From contig PWYL01000070.1 in the NCBI GenBank assembly GCA_003568315.1, positions 15,266 through 79,265 of the forward strand: a stretch of DNA of 64,000 nt. The letters are read 5' to 3'. This document shows, piece by piece, positions 54,900 to 63,784 of this stretch. Position 1 is the stretch's first letter; every line of letters begins with the position of its first letter. Under the pieces are notes generated by a model. It ran no database searches. It was not told the origin of the DNA and saw only the letters and a program-made list of their open reading frames with translations. The position numbers and the translations under genes were made by a program. Source of the stretch: Mollicutes bacterium. GTDB taxonomy: Bacteria; Bacillota_I; Bacilli_A; Izemoplasmatales; Izemoplasmataceae.

Positions 54900-57236
54900 A
54901 TGATCGCCGAAGTGCTCGTCGACATTCCGCATCGCGCCCTCGACAGGGCGTTCGACTACGAGATACCCAAGAAGGATGCACACCGTGTCGTAGTAGGGAA
55001 ACGTGTCGAAGTCCCTTTCGGACCCCGCCGCGTCATGGGCTATGTCCATGCCGTGAAGGATGAGACCGATGTGGAAGGGGTGAAGCCCCTATCCGCCGTG
55101 CTCGATGCGGTTCCTTCACTCACGGACGAGAATTTCCGTTTGGCCGAAACACTCGCCGGCATCCATCTCTACCCCCGCGCCGCCTATTTCCGCTCGATGT
55201 TGCCGGGGGCGCTTTCCATGCGCCGCAAGCGCTATCTCAAAAAGAAGGAAGGCGTTTCCTTGCCGGATGCGCTCGCTTTCTTTTTCGACAAACAAAAAGA
55301 AGTCCCCTTCGAGGGCGCCGTCCGCAAAGAGGAATCCCTCGTCGCCACTTGTCTCGCCGAAGGTCTTCTCGAGGACCGTTTCGAGCTGCGCCAGGCCGAA
55401 AAGGCGAAAACCATCGACTATATCGAACTCGTCCGCGAAGCGACGCCGAGAGGGAAAAAACAGCAAGCGATCATCGAAGTGTTGAAGCGCCACGGGAAGC
55501 CCATTGAGAAAGATCGACTCCTCGACAAGGCGGCGTGTTCCCCGGGTCCTTTGGCCAGCCTCCTTTCCAAGGGAATCGTCCGTGTCATATCGCGCGAGCG
55601 CTACCGCGAGATCACACACATCTATGAACTTGTCGACAAAGACGTCGTCCTCACCCCCGCCCAGCAAAAGGTGCGTGATCACGTGCGGAACGCCCTGGGA
55701 GAAGCCGAAGAGTTCCTCCTCCACGGTGTCATCGCGAGCGGCAAGACGGAAATCTATCTCGCTTTGGCCGAAGAGGTGCTCGCCCGGGGCGAATCGGCCA
55801 TTGTGCTCTTGCCGGAGATAAGCCTCACCCCGAAGGTCACCGCCCGTTTCAAGGCCCGTTTCGGAAGTGAAATCGCCATCTATCACAGCGGCCTTTCCGT
55901 CGGCGAGCAATATGACGAATGGCGACGCATGAAACGGGGCGAAGCGAGAATCGTCGTCGGGGCGAGAAGCGCCATCTTCGCTCCGTTATCCGATATCGGC
56001 CTCATCGTCATCGACGAGGAGCAGAGCGAATCCTACATCCAGACGGAAAATCCCCCCTATGACGCCCGCGAAGTCGCGAGAATGCGCATGAAGAAACACG
56101 ATGCTCCCCTCGTCCTCGGAAGCGCCACCCCCTCCGTGGAGACCTATCATCGCACAACGACGGGCGCATCGCAAAGACTCGTCCTGAAAGAACGTCCCCT
56201 GGGCGGCACACCGCCGAAGATCACCCTCGCGGACATGAAAGCGGAATTCCGGAAAGGCAACACTTCGATATTCTCCGAAAATCTTCGTGAAGCCATAGAG
56301 AAACGTTTGCAGGCCGGCGAACAGACCCTCCTTCTCATCAATCGCCGTGGTCACGCCCGTTTTGTGCTCTGCCGGAGTTGCGGCTATGTCATCCGTTGCG
56401 AGAACTGCCACATCAGCATGACCTACCACAAGCACAATGACACGCTCGTCTGCCATCACTGCGACAAGAAGCGGCCGTCTCCGGATCGTTGCCCCTCCTG
56501 CCAAAGCCGCCATATCCGTTTCATGGGCCTTGGCACCGAGAAAGCCGAAGAGCTCGTGAACGAAGCCTTTCCGAAAGCCCGCACCATCCGCATGGACAAA
56601 GACACCACGAGGCGGAAGGATGCACATGAAAAAATCCTGCACAGGTTCGAGACCCGAGGGGACATCCTCGTCGGCACGCAGATGATCGCCAAGGGCCTCG
56701 ATTTCGACAAGGTCACCCTGGTCGGGGTGCTCTCGGCTGATCTGGGCCTGCATGTACCCGATTTCTATGCCGAGAGCGAAACCTTCTATCTCTTAAGCCA
56801 GATCGCCGGCAGGAGCGGCCGGCGCGAAACCCGGGGGGAAGTCGTCATCCAGGCCTATTCTCTCGACCACCCTGTCCTCGCGTTCGTCGAGAACGCGAGT
56901 TATGAGGATTTCTACGAACGGGAGATCGCTTATCGGGAAAAGGTCCGGGTGCCCCCCTTCGTGCATCTTTCGCAGATGCTTTTCACCCACAAGGATGACC
57001 GCTCGGCCTACCGGGCGGCGCTTCATGCCGTGAAAAGCTTGAGAAAAAAGACGTCCGCCGAGATTCTCGGGCCCTCGCGGCCCCGTTTCGCTTTCATCGA
57101 CGGCAAGAAGCGTTACCAACTCCTCCTACGCCACCGCTTCGAGGTCGAGCTTTTACAAGCCCTCTCCACCCTTTCGGCCGACCTCGACGAGCAAGGAGTG
57201 ACTATGTCTTTGGACCACTACCCGAGAACCTTCTGA
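54900..57236 (+). CDS. priA: Primosomal protein N' (replication restart helicase PriA)
   Basis: 778 aa. Walker A GVIASGKTE, DEEQ box, and a Cys-rich zinc region CRSCG...CENC...CHHC...CPSC. Confidence 0.95.
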   Translation: MIAEVLVDIPHRALDRAFDYEIPKKDAHRVVVGKRVEVPFGPRRVMGYVHAVKDETDVEGVKPLSAVLDAVPSLTDENFRLAETLAGIHLYPRAAYFRSMLPGALSMRRKRYLKKKEGVSLPDALAFFFDKQKEVPFEGAVRKEESLVATCLAEGLLEDRFELRQAEKAKTIDYIELVREATPRGKKQQAIIEVLKRHGKPIEKDRLLDKAACSPGPLASLLSKGIVRVISRERYREITHIYELVDKDVVLTPAQQKVRDHVRNALGEAEEFLLHGVIASGKTEIYLALAEEVLARGESAIVLLPEISLTPKVTARFKARFGSEIAIYHSGLSVGEQYDEWRRMKRGEARIVVGARSAIFAPLSDIGLIVIDEEQSESYIQTENPPYDAREVARMRMKKHDAPLVLGSATPSVETYHRTTTGASQRLVLKERPLGGTPPKITLADMKAEFRKGNTSIFSENLREAIEKRLQAGEQTLLLINRRGHARFVLCRSCGYVIRCENCHISMTYHKHNDTLVCHHCDKKRPSPDRCPSCQSRHIRFMGLGTEKAEELVNEAFPKARTIRMDKDTTRRKDAHEKILHRFETRGDILVGTQMIAKGLDFDKVTLVGVLSADLGLHVPDFYAESETFYLLSQIAGRSGRRETRGEVVIQAYSLDHPVLAFVENASYEDFYEREIAYREKVRVPPFVHLSQMLFTHKDDRSAYRAALHAVKSLRKKTSAEILGPSRPRFAFIDGKKRYQLLLRHRFEVELLQALSTLSADLDEQGVTMSLDHYPRTF

Positions 57237-57248
57237 AGGAGGCATGCC

Positions 57249-58202
57249 ATGCGTATCGTATTCATGGGGACGAGCGCTTTCGCCGTACCCTTTTTGGAAA
57301 AACTCGCCGAACATCATGAACTGACGCGTGTCGTCACCGCCCCCGACCGCCCCCGCGGCCGCGGCAAAAGGACCTTGCCCTGCCCCGTGGCCGAAAGATC
57401 CCGCATCATGGGGATTTTGACCTTCTGTCCGGAGGATCCGAAAAACATCGCCCAAGAGATCCTTGCGGAACGTTTCGATTTCCTCGTCACCGTGGCTTAT
57501 GGGAAGAAGGTGCCGAAAAACCTGTTGGACGCTCCGGAAATGGAAAGTCTGAACGTCCATGCGAGCCTCCTTCCCTCTCTTCGCGGGGCCGCTCCCATCA
57601 CGCGTGCCATCGAGAGGGGGCATGGAGAGACGGGGCTTTCTATCATGCGGATGGCCGAAAAGATGGATGCCGGACCCGTCTTCGCCCAAAAAGAAGTCCC
57701 CATCGACAACAACGAGACCAAAGCGAGTCTCACCGAAAAGCTCATAGCCTTCGGTCCCGAACTCTTGCTCGAGACGATGGAACGAATCGCGAAAGCGGGA
57801 TTGAAGCCTCACGAACAAGATGAAAGCGAGGTCACATGGGCGAAGAAGGTGACACGCGAAGAAGAAGCGATCGACTTCTTTCTTCCCGCGAGAACCCTGG
57901 AGAGAAAGATCCGGGCCTTCGCCCCCGTCCCCGGCTTGCGGACCTTTGTCAAGGGGAAGATGCTGAAGGTTCTCGCCGCGGATTGTGTCCTTGATGTTCC
58001 CACGGCCACCCCGGGCACCATCATCCGCCTCACGAACAGAGAGGCCCTCGTCGCCTGCGGCGAAGGTGCGCTCGCTCTGCGCCGCGTGCAGCTTGCCGGC
58101 AAGCGGCCCGTGGATATCGTCCCGTTTTTGCACGGGGCCGGCCGAAAGCTTTTCGAAGAAGGGCTCGTTCTCGGCAAAGAAAAGCCCTCCGACAATGATT
58201 GA
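57249..58202 (+). CDS. fmt: Methionyl-tRNA formyltransferase
   Basis: 317 aa; SD AAGGAGG. NVHASLLPSLRGAAPI motif. Confidence 0.95.
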   Translation: MRIVFMGTSAFAVPFLEKLAEHHELTRVVTAPDRPRGRGKRTLPCPVAERSRIMGILTFCPEDPKNIAQEILAERFDFLVTVAYGKKVPKNLLDAPEMESLNVHASLLPSLRGAAPITRAIERGHGETGLSIMRMAEKMDAGPVFAQKEVPIDNNETKASLTEKLIAFGPELLLETMERIAKAGLKPHEQDESEVTWAKKVTREEEAIDFFLPARTLERKIRAFAPVPGLRTFVKGKMLKVLAADCVLDVPTATPGTIIRLTNREALVACGEGALALRRVQLAGKRPVDIVPFLHGAGRKLFEEGLVLGKEKPSDND

Positions 58203-58226
58203 TGATTTCCCTTTGACAAGAAAAGA

Positions 58227-58235
58227 TGCTATAAT
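58227..58235 (+). promoter_or_regulatory. Extended -10 box upstream of the PgpA-family gene
   Basis: TGCTATAAT. Confidence 0.4.
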
Positions 58236-58283
58236 GGGGCGACAGGAAAAGAAGGAACACATTCTCTTTTGGGAGGAAACACT

Positions 58284-58847
58284 ATGAAATCTCGTGCCCT
58301 TTTCAGCCGTGCGGAGATGCTCAGGATGAACGTCGAGACCCTCGAAGAACGCGGCATCAGCGTCGAAGAGATCGCCGAAGTGGCCTACGCCCAGCAGTCC
58401 AAATGGACCGACGAGGTGAGCCGCCAGGATTGCATGGATTCCGTGGAGAAGATCCTCTCCTTGCGCGACACCTTCCACATCCTCCAACTCGGTGCGGAAA
58501 TCGACCGTCTGACCGAGGAGGGAAGGATCAGAGAGCCTTTGCGGACCATCCTGCATGACGACCTCGGGCTGTTCGGCATCGACGAACTCTTCGGTCTGGA
58601 GCTCGCGGGCATCTATGGGACCATCGGCAAGACCAATTTCGGCGACATCGACGTCAACAAGCCCTCGATCGTCGGTCAACTCAACAAGATGGGCAAAGAG
58701 GACGACAAAGTCTGCCACACCTTCCTCGATGATGTCGTCGGCGCCATCGCCGCCGCCGCGAGCACCCGCGTCGCCCAGATTTTCAACGAGAACGAAGCGC
58801 AGAAAGACCCCCGTTACAAGGAGATAAAGCTCGACTTCGACCTTTGA
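58284..58847 (+). CDS. Phosphatidylglycerophosphatase A family protein (YutG/LtrC-like)
   Basis: ATG 58284 with GGGAGG upstream; 187 aa. HTFLDDVVGAIAAAA motif. Confidence 0.7.
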   Translation: MKSRALFSRAEMLRMNVETLEERGISVEEIAEVAYAQQSKWTDEVSRQDCMDSVEKILSLRDTFHILQLGAEIDRLTEEGRIREPLRTILHDDLGLFGIDELFGLELAGIYGTIGKTNFGDIDVNKPSIVGQLNKMGKEDDKVCHTFLDDVVGAIAAAASTRVAQIFNENEAQKDPRYKEIKLDFDL

Positions 58848-58869
58848 ACCTCCGCCTGGACGTGATCAC

Positions 58870-60426
58870 ATGGCAAAACATGACAAGGACCTCGACGACT
58901 TTTTCAAGAAGGCAGATGACAAGGATCCCGATGAACTGAAAGCATACGTGGAGAACATCCAGCAGGGCGAGGACCCCGCGAGAACGACCCGGCTGGACAG
59001 GATCGCCATGTTCTTTAAGAATGCCGTGGACCGCATCAAGAGCTACTCGAAAAAGAAGGATCCCGAAACATCCAGCAAGAAGCCTTCCAAAATCCGACAA
59101 CGTCTGCGCATCGTCAGCAAGCGTATCCTTCGCAAACTGACCGATAAATTCCATCTCGAGGCCGGGGTGGACATCCTCGACGATAAAAGCGTCCTCTACA
59201 GAAGGAACCGCATCATCAAGAACATCCTCATCGTGACGAACGTCGTGTTCATGATCTTCGTCCTCATCGGGAGTGAGGATCCGAACTTCATCGTCATCTT
59301 CGGATTCGGTATCCTGATGTTCGCGATCAACACCAGCTTGAAGCGGATCATCCGCGAACGGCCCAGGACCCTCCTCAAACAACGGATGGCGATGTATATC
59401 GCCTCCGTCTACATCCTCCTCGCTTCCTTCGGTGTCTACATCAAGCTCCGCGTGGGTGTCGATCCCGATGCCATGGGCAGTTTCTCCATCACCCAGGCGG
59501 GATACGTCCTCATCTATTTCGCCCTCGTCGTGGTCGCCCTCTATCAGGATGCGACCCTGCTCCGGGTGCTTTTCAAATGGGTGGTCGTGCTCATGACGAT
59601 CATCCATGTGACGATCATGTATCCTTTGTATGAACATGCCGCCTCCATCCAGGAGCTTTGGAATTTCCTCATCGTCGACCACCCCTCGGTCACCATCGAC
59701 ATCGTGCTCCGCACCCTGGTGCTCATCACCTTCTACATCGCGCTCTATTCGTCCGTCGCCATCGGCGAGATGATGAACAACAAACGCAAAGAGGAACTCT
59801 TGAAACGCCGTGACATGGAAAGCGACTTCAAAGCCGTCGTCGGCGACGTCTTCGACGTCATCAGCGTCTTCAACGTGAACACCGAGGAAGCGGACCGCCA
59901 CTCGGCGAAACGAGTCGCCGAAATCGCGAGCCGTCTCGGCAACGTCCTCGGCCTCTCCCCGAGTGTCTGCACGGAAATCTATGACTATTCGAAGATCCAT
60001 ATCGACAGGTTGAAGGACCTTTCCATCATCGAATACGAGAACAAGGAGGTCCTCGACGAGAAGGACTACCAGGTCATCCGCGACAAGACGATTCTCGGCA
60101 GTATCATCATCAAGAGGCTGCAGCTCAAACAAAAGAGCGAGGACATCGTCCGCGCCCATTTCGAGAAGACCGCGGACAAACCCTTCACTGAACGCATGAA
60201 ACGGATCCAGCGCACCCAGGAAGGACAAATCATCCTGCTCGCGGAGATGTACGAGATTCTCCGCCAACCCCGCAACTACAAGACCGCGCTCAACAACAGA
60301 CGCGTCCTGGAGCTTTTGGAGATGGAGTTCAAGGAATACTTCGAGCCCTACATCCTCGACCGCTTCATGAAATACAGTGGCGAGTTCGAGAACTACTACC
60401 AACGCTTCCAGCAAAAACTCGCCTGA
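58870..60426 (+). CDS. Polytopic membrane protein with C-terminal degenerate HD-GYP-like domain
   Basis: 518 aa. Lys-rich N-terminus, about 6-7 TM. C-terminal region aligns by eye to HD-GYP (HSAKRVAEIA...), but most metal-ligand positions are substituted. Confidence 0.55.
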   Translation: MAKHDKDLDDFFKKADDKDPDELKAYVENIQQGEDPARTTRLDRIAMFFKNAVDRIKSYSKKKDPETSSKKPSKIRQRLRIVSKRILRKLTDKFHLEAGVDILDDKSVLYRRNRIIKNILIVTNVVFMIFVLIGSEDPNFIVIFGFGILMFAINTSLKRIIRERPRTLLKQRMAMYIASVYILLASFGVYIKLRVGVDPDAMGSFSITQAGYVLIYFALVVVALYQDATLLRVLFKWVVVLMTIIHVTIMYPLYEHAASIQELWNFLIVDHPSVTIDIVLRTLVLITFYIALYSSVAIGEMMNNKRKEELLKRRDMESDFKAVVGDVFDVISVFNVNTEEADRHSAKRVAEIASRLGNVLGLSPSVCTEIYDYSKIHIDRLKDLSIIEYENKEVLDEKDYQVIRDKTILGSIIIKRLQLKQKSEDIVRAHFEKTADKPFTERMKRIQRTQEGQIILLAEMYEILRQPRNYKTALNNRRVLELLEMEFKEYFEPYILDRFMKYSGEFENYYQRFQQKLA

Positions 60427-60439
60427 AGGGGGAGAGAGC

Positions 60440-60922
60440 ATGTTGCCCTATCTTTCCGACATCATCATCATTCTCGTCCTCGCGGGCATTGTCGTTTTCG
60501 TCATCATCAACCGACGGAACCGGATGTTCAGACTCTGGCAGGATGTCAGCCGCCACGAGGTCGCCTTCCACAAGAAACTCTTCGACACCGCTCGGTCGTT
60601 CGCCCATCATGCCGAGACTTTTGACATCTTCGTCGACCTCGACACCATGAGGAAGTTCACAGATGGCGATGCGGACGAGAAGAAGATTCTGGGGCTTGAA
60701 GAGCGCCAGGCCTTGTTCCAGGCGCTGCAGACCCTCTATGTCGGTCTCGACGAGGAGAACAACAAGCATCACGCCGATTTGAAGGAGAAGTTCGAGGAAC
60801 TGCAGACCTTGCGACTCAGATACAATTCCAAAGTTCTCTATTACAACCGGTTCATCATGATGTTCCCCATGCGTCTTTTCGCACGACGGATGGGGTTCGA
60901 GGAGAAAGACTATTTCGGTTGA
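60440..60922 (+). CDS. LemA family protein
   Basis: ATG 60440; 160 aa. N-terminal TM helix. C-terminal YNSKVLYYNRFIMMFPMRLFARRMGF pattern. Confidence 0.7.
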   Translation: MLPYLSDIIIILVLAGIVVFVIINRRNRMFRLWQDVSRHEVAFHKKLFDTARSFAHHAETFDIFVDLDTMRKFTDGDADEKKILGLEERQALFQALQTLYVGLDEENNKHHADLKEKFEELQTLRLRYNSKVLYYNRFIMMFPMRLFARRMGFEEKDYFG

Positions 60923-60941
60923 ACACCCTTCAGCGCCGCCA

Positions 60942-60984
60942 ACAATCCGTCCATCGCCAAACGGCGATGGACGGATTGTTTTCG
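60942..60984 (+). terminator. Terminator after the LemA-family gene
   Basis: 16-bp stem CAATCCGTCCATCGCC/GGCGATGGACGGATTG followed by TTTT. Confidence 0.8.
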
Positions 60985-61002
60985 CCTCTTGGTGGTGACA
61001 TC

Positions 61003-61038
61003 ACAAGGAAAAGGCGCCTTTGCAGGGTAAGGCGCCTT
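61003..61038 (-). terminator. Terminator after copB
   Basis: AAGGCGCC...GGCGCCTT 8-bp stem; the minus strand continues with TTTTCC. Confidence 0.55.
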
Positions 61039-61094
61039 GGTGGATGGAAGAAAGGCTCATATGAGTCGCTCTCGGGTGGTTGCCGCGTGGGTTT

Positions 61095-63196
61095 TCAACG
61101 GAAGGAGAGGCGTTTGGCGTTGATGGCGACGATGACCGTCGAAAGACTCATCAAGACGGCGCCCATCGCGGGCGAGACGAGAATGCCCAAAGGATAAAGC
61201 AGCCCGGCTGCGAGCGGAATGGCGACGATGTTGTAGCCTGTCGCCCAAATGAGGTTTTCGACCATCTTGCGGAAGGTCGAGCGGCCGAATGCGATTACGG
61301 CGGCGACATCTTCCGGGTCGCTTTTCACGAGAATGACATCGGCCGTTTCCGCGGCGACATCGGTGCCGGAACCGACGGGATGCCGAGGTCGGCGGCGGCC
61401 AGTGCCGGCGCGTCGTTGACACCATCCCCCGTCATGGCGACGTGGCGATTCTCATTTTGCAAACGGCGAACGAACTCTTGTTTTTCTTCCGGTAAAACTT
61501 CGGACTCGTATCCGTCGAGATCGAGCTTCTCGGCGACCACTTTCGCGACCCGTTCGTGATCGCCGGTGAGCATCCGGACCTCGATTCCCCGTTTTTGGAG
61601 TTTCTCCACGGCCGCTTTCGCATTTTTTCGGACTGTGTCACCCAATGAGACGATGCCTACGGGCCGGTCGTTTTTCAACACATAGACGTGGGTGGCGGTC
61701 GCATCGAGGTTCTCTTCTTCCAAGGAGAATCCGAGTTTTTGGAACCGGGCGGGAGAGACGACGGCGATATCGTCATCTTCGACCGTCGCTTTGACCCCGA
61801 CACCCTTCTCGGCCGCGAAACCTTCCGCTTGCGGAATTTTCCCGCCCGAACGTTCGGCATATTCGACAATGCCCTGGGCGATGGGATGTTCGGAATGTCT
61901 TTCGACGGCGGCCGCGAGCCGGATGACATCGTCCTTCCCGACATCGGCCAGTGTCTTCACGGATTGCACGGTGAACACCCCTTCGGTGAGGGTGCCGGTC
62001 TTGTCGAAGTAGACGAGGTCGACCTTGCGTGCCTGTTCGAAAGCGGTGCGGTTCCGGATGATGAGTCCGCGCTGCGCTGAAAGGGTCGTCGAGTTGGCGA
62101 CGACGAGAGGTGTGGCCAGACCCAACGCGTGCGGACAGGCAATCACGAGGACCGTCGCCATCCTGGCGATGGCGAACGTGGGATCATCCTGAATGTGGAG
62201 CCAGACGGACAGGGTCAAAATACCTGCACCGAGGGCGCCGAATGTCAGGATGCGCGCCGCCCTGTCGGCGAGGTTCTGGGTTCTCGATTTGGATGCCCGG
62301 GCTTCTTTCACCAGGGTGATGACCTTGTGCAGATAGGCCTCCTCACCGGTGTTTTCGACCCTGATACGGAGGGAACCCTCTTTGTTCACCGAGCCGCCTA
62401 CCGCTTGGTCGGCTTTCTTTTTTCGCACCGGCACGCTTTCCCCCGTCAACATCGACTCGTCGACATGGCTTTCGCCCTCGATCACTATCCCGTCGGCGGC
62501 GATACGTTCGCCGGGTCGGACCAGGATGACATCGTCCAACTCGAGGGCGGCGATGGGAACTTCCTCGAAGGTTTCATCGCGGATGCGCCTCGCGGAGGAA
62601 GGCATGAGTTTCGCCAGTTCGTCGAGCGCGCCGGAGGCGCGTTGGATGGAGCGCATTTCGATGTGATGGCCGATGAGCATGATGACAACGAGCGTCGCGA
62701 GCTCCCAGAAGAAGTCGTCGCCCTCGAGACCGAGGAGGGTCGCCGTGCTATAGAAGAAGGCGACACTGATGGCCATGGCGACAAGCGTCATCATGCCGGG
62801 GTTCTTGTCGGCGATCTCATCCTTGAACCCTTTCAGGAAAGGCCAGCCGCCATAGAGATAAACGAAGGCCGCCAGGGCGAAGAGAACAATCTCACGTCCC
62901 GGGAAATCGAGCTCGAAATTGAACCAGTCCTGAATCATCGGCGAAAGGGCGAGAATGGGTACGGTGGCGACAAGAGACGCATAGAAGCGAATCAAGAAGT
63001 CGGTATGGCCGTGATGGTCATGCCCGTTTCCGTGGTCGTGATCGTCGTGGTCGCTGCCATTCCCGTGGTCATGGCCATGATGTTCGTGGGCATTTTTGTG
63101 GTTGGGGTCGTGATCATGGTCTTTGTGGTTGTTTTCTTGGTATTGACGTTTTCTTGTTCGGGGTTCTTTTTCCATACCGTCAACTCCCGGAATCAT
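61095..63196 (-). pseudogene. copB: CopB-type (P1B-3) copper P-type ATPase interrupted by a 1-nt frameshift near 61379
   Basis: ORFs 61325..63196 and 61095..61328 are two frames of one ATPase. His-rich N-terminus, TGES, CPH (62129-62137), DKTGT and [10 protein letters not shown]. After ...AADLGI the reading frame is lost. The downstream frame encodes the expected [24 protein letters not shown]...[13 protein letters not shown]. Confidence 0.85.
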
Positions 63197-63432
63197 TCGT
63201 TTTCGATGGGGACAATCGTGAGGAGCGAGACTTCATAACCCAAATCTTCGATTGCTTCGATGTAGGTTTCGGCATCAGCCTTCTCGCCCGTGAACGTCAC
63301 TGTGCCGAAATGGCGCACGGGATCGACATGTACACGCTCAGCGCCGTGTTTCTCGAGTACGCGTTCGATGCGGTTGACACAGACCATGCATCGGAAACCG
63401 TCAATCCGCATCCGTGTAATCCATTGTAACAT
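63193..63432 (-). CDS. copZ: HMA-domain metallochaperone (CopZ-like) with atypical CMVC motif
   Basis: 79 aa. RMRIDGFRCMVCVNRIE. ATGA overlap with the copB start. SD AAAGGGGA. Confidence 0.7.
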   Translation of the reverse strand: MLQWITRMRIDGFRCMVCVNRIERVLEKHGAERVHVDPVRHFGTVTFTGEKADAETYIEAIEDLGYEVSLLTIVPIENE

Positions 63433-63460
63433 GGCAAAAGTCCCCTTTCATTCCAGATAC

Positions 63461-63655
63461 TCAATGGCAGACATCGTTCCTTGTCTTGTCTTCTTCATGG
63501 TGATGATGGCGATGATGGCGCTCGTGATACGGGTGTTCTTCCTCGGACGTCTCTTCGTTGTCGTGAGCCACGACAAGCCGGGCCGCACCGAGAGAAGCGG
63601 CCAAGAGACTCCCCACGATGAAGAACGCAAAAACCGCTTTGGTCATCTTGCGCAT
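63461..63655 (-). CDS. Small exported His-rich protein
   Basis: ATG 63655 with AAGGAGG 8 nt upstream; 64 aa. Signal-like MRKMTKAVFAFFIVGSLLAASLGAA, then HPYHERHHRHHHHEED...VCH. First gene of the cop operon. Confidence 0.45.
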   Translation of the reverse strand: MRKMTKAVFAFFIVGSLLAASLGAARLVVAHDNEETSEEEHPYHERHHRHHHHEEDKTRNDVCH

Positions 63656-63702
63656 CCGGGACACCTCCTTTCAGGGGATATTCCGAATATAAGAAAAAAG
63701 TG

Positions 63703-63720
63703 TGAACAGAATATGAACAG
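63703..63720. promoter_or_regulatory. Direct repeat TGAACAG-N4-TGAACAG (11-bp periodicity), candidate response-regulator box
   Basis: Lies between the cop operon and the divergent response regulator gene. On the cop strand it overlaps the -35 region upstream of a TATATT box (63686-63691). Confidence 0.45.
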
Positions 63721-63784
63721 GAAAGTTGAGTGTCCGAGTCCCGGGCGGAAGAAGCGGATGGTATCCTGAATAGGAGGTGGTACG

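Noticed and set aside
58213-58218. Perfect TTGACA upstream of the PgpA-family gene
   Set aside because: It is only 11 nt from the TATAAT box, too short for a functional -35/-10 pair. The TG-extended -10 alone is the more likely element.
57153-60441. 521-aa and 552-aa minus-strand ORFs opposite fmt, the PgpA-family gene and the HD-GYP-like gene
   Set aside because: They are antisense to fmt (clear motifs) and to ORFs with SD sites and TM topology. No independent signals support them.
60919-61197. 92-aa plus-strand ORF in the lemA-copB intergenic region
   Set aside because: It runs through two terminator hairpins and into the 3' end of copB. It is Arg/Gly-rich with no start signals.
61370-61390. 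Possible programmed ribosomal frameshift in copB, by analogy with the copA frameshift of E. coli
   Set aside because: There is no slippery heptamer at the break. A -1 slip would not re-pair the P-site tRNA. The break lies in the catalytic P-domain, so the short product would be a non-functional pump rather than a chaperone. A simple 1-nt deletion or sequencing error explains it.
63005-63130. Repetitive CAT/CAC/GAC-rich DNA that looks like a tandem repeat
   Set aside because: It is the coding sequence of the His/Asp-rich N-terminus of CopB: irregular units, in frame. It is not a CRISPR array or a satellite.
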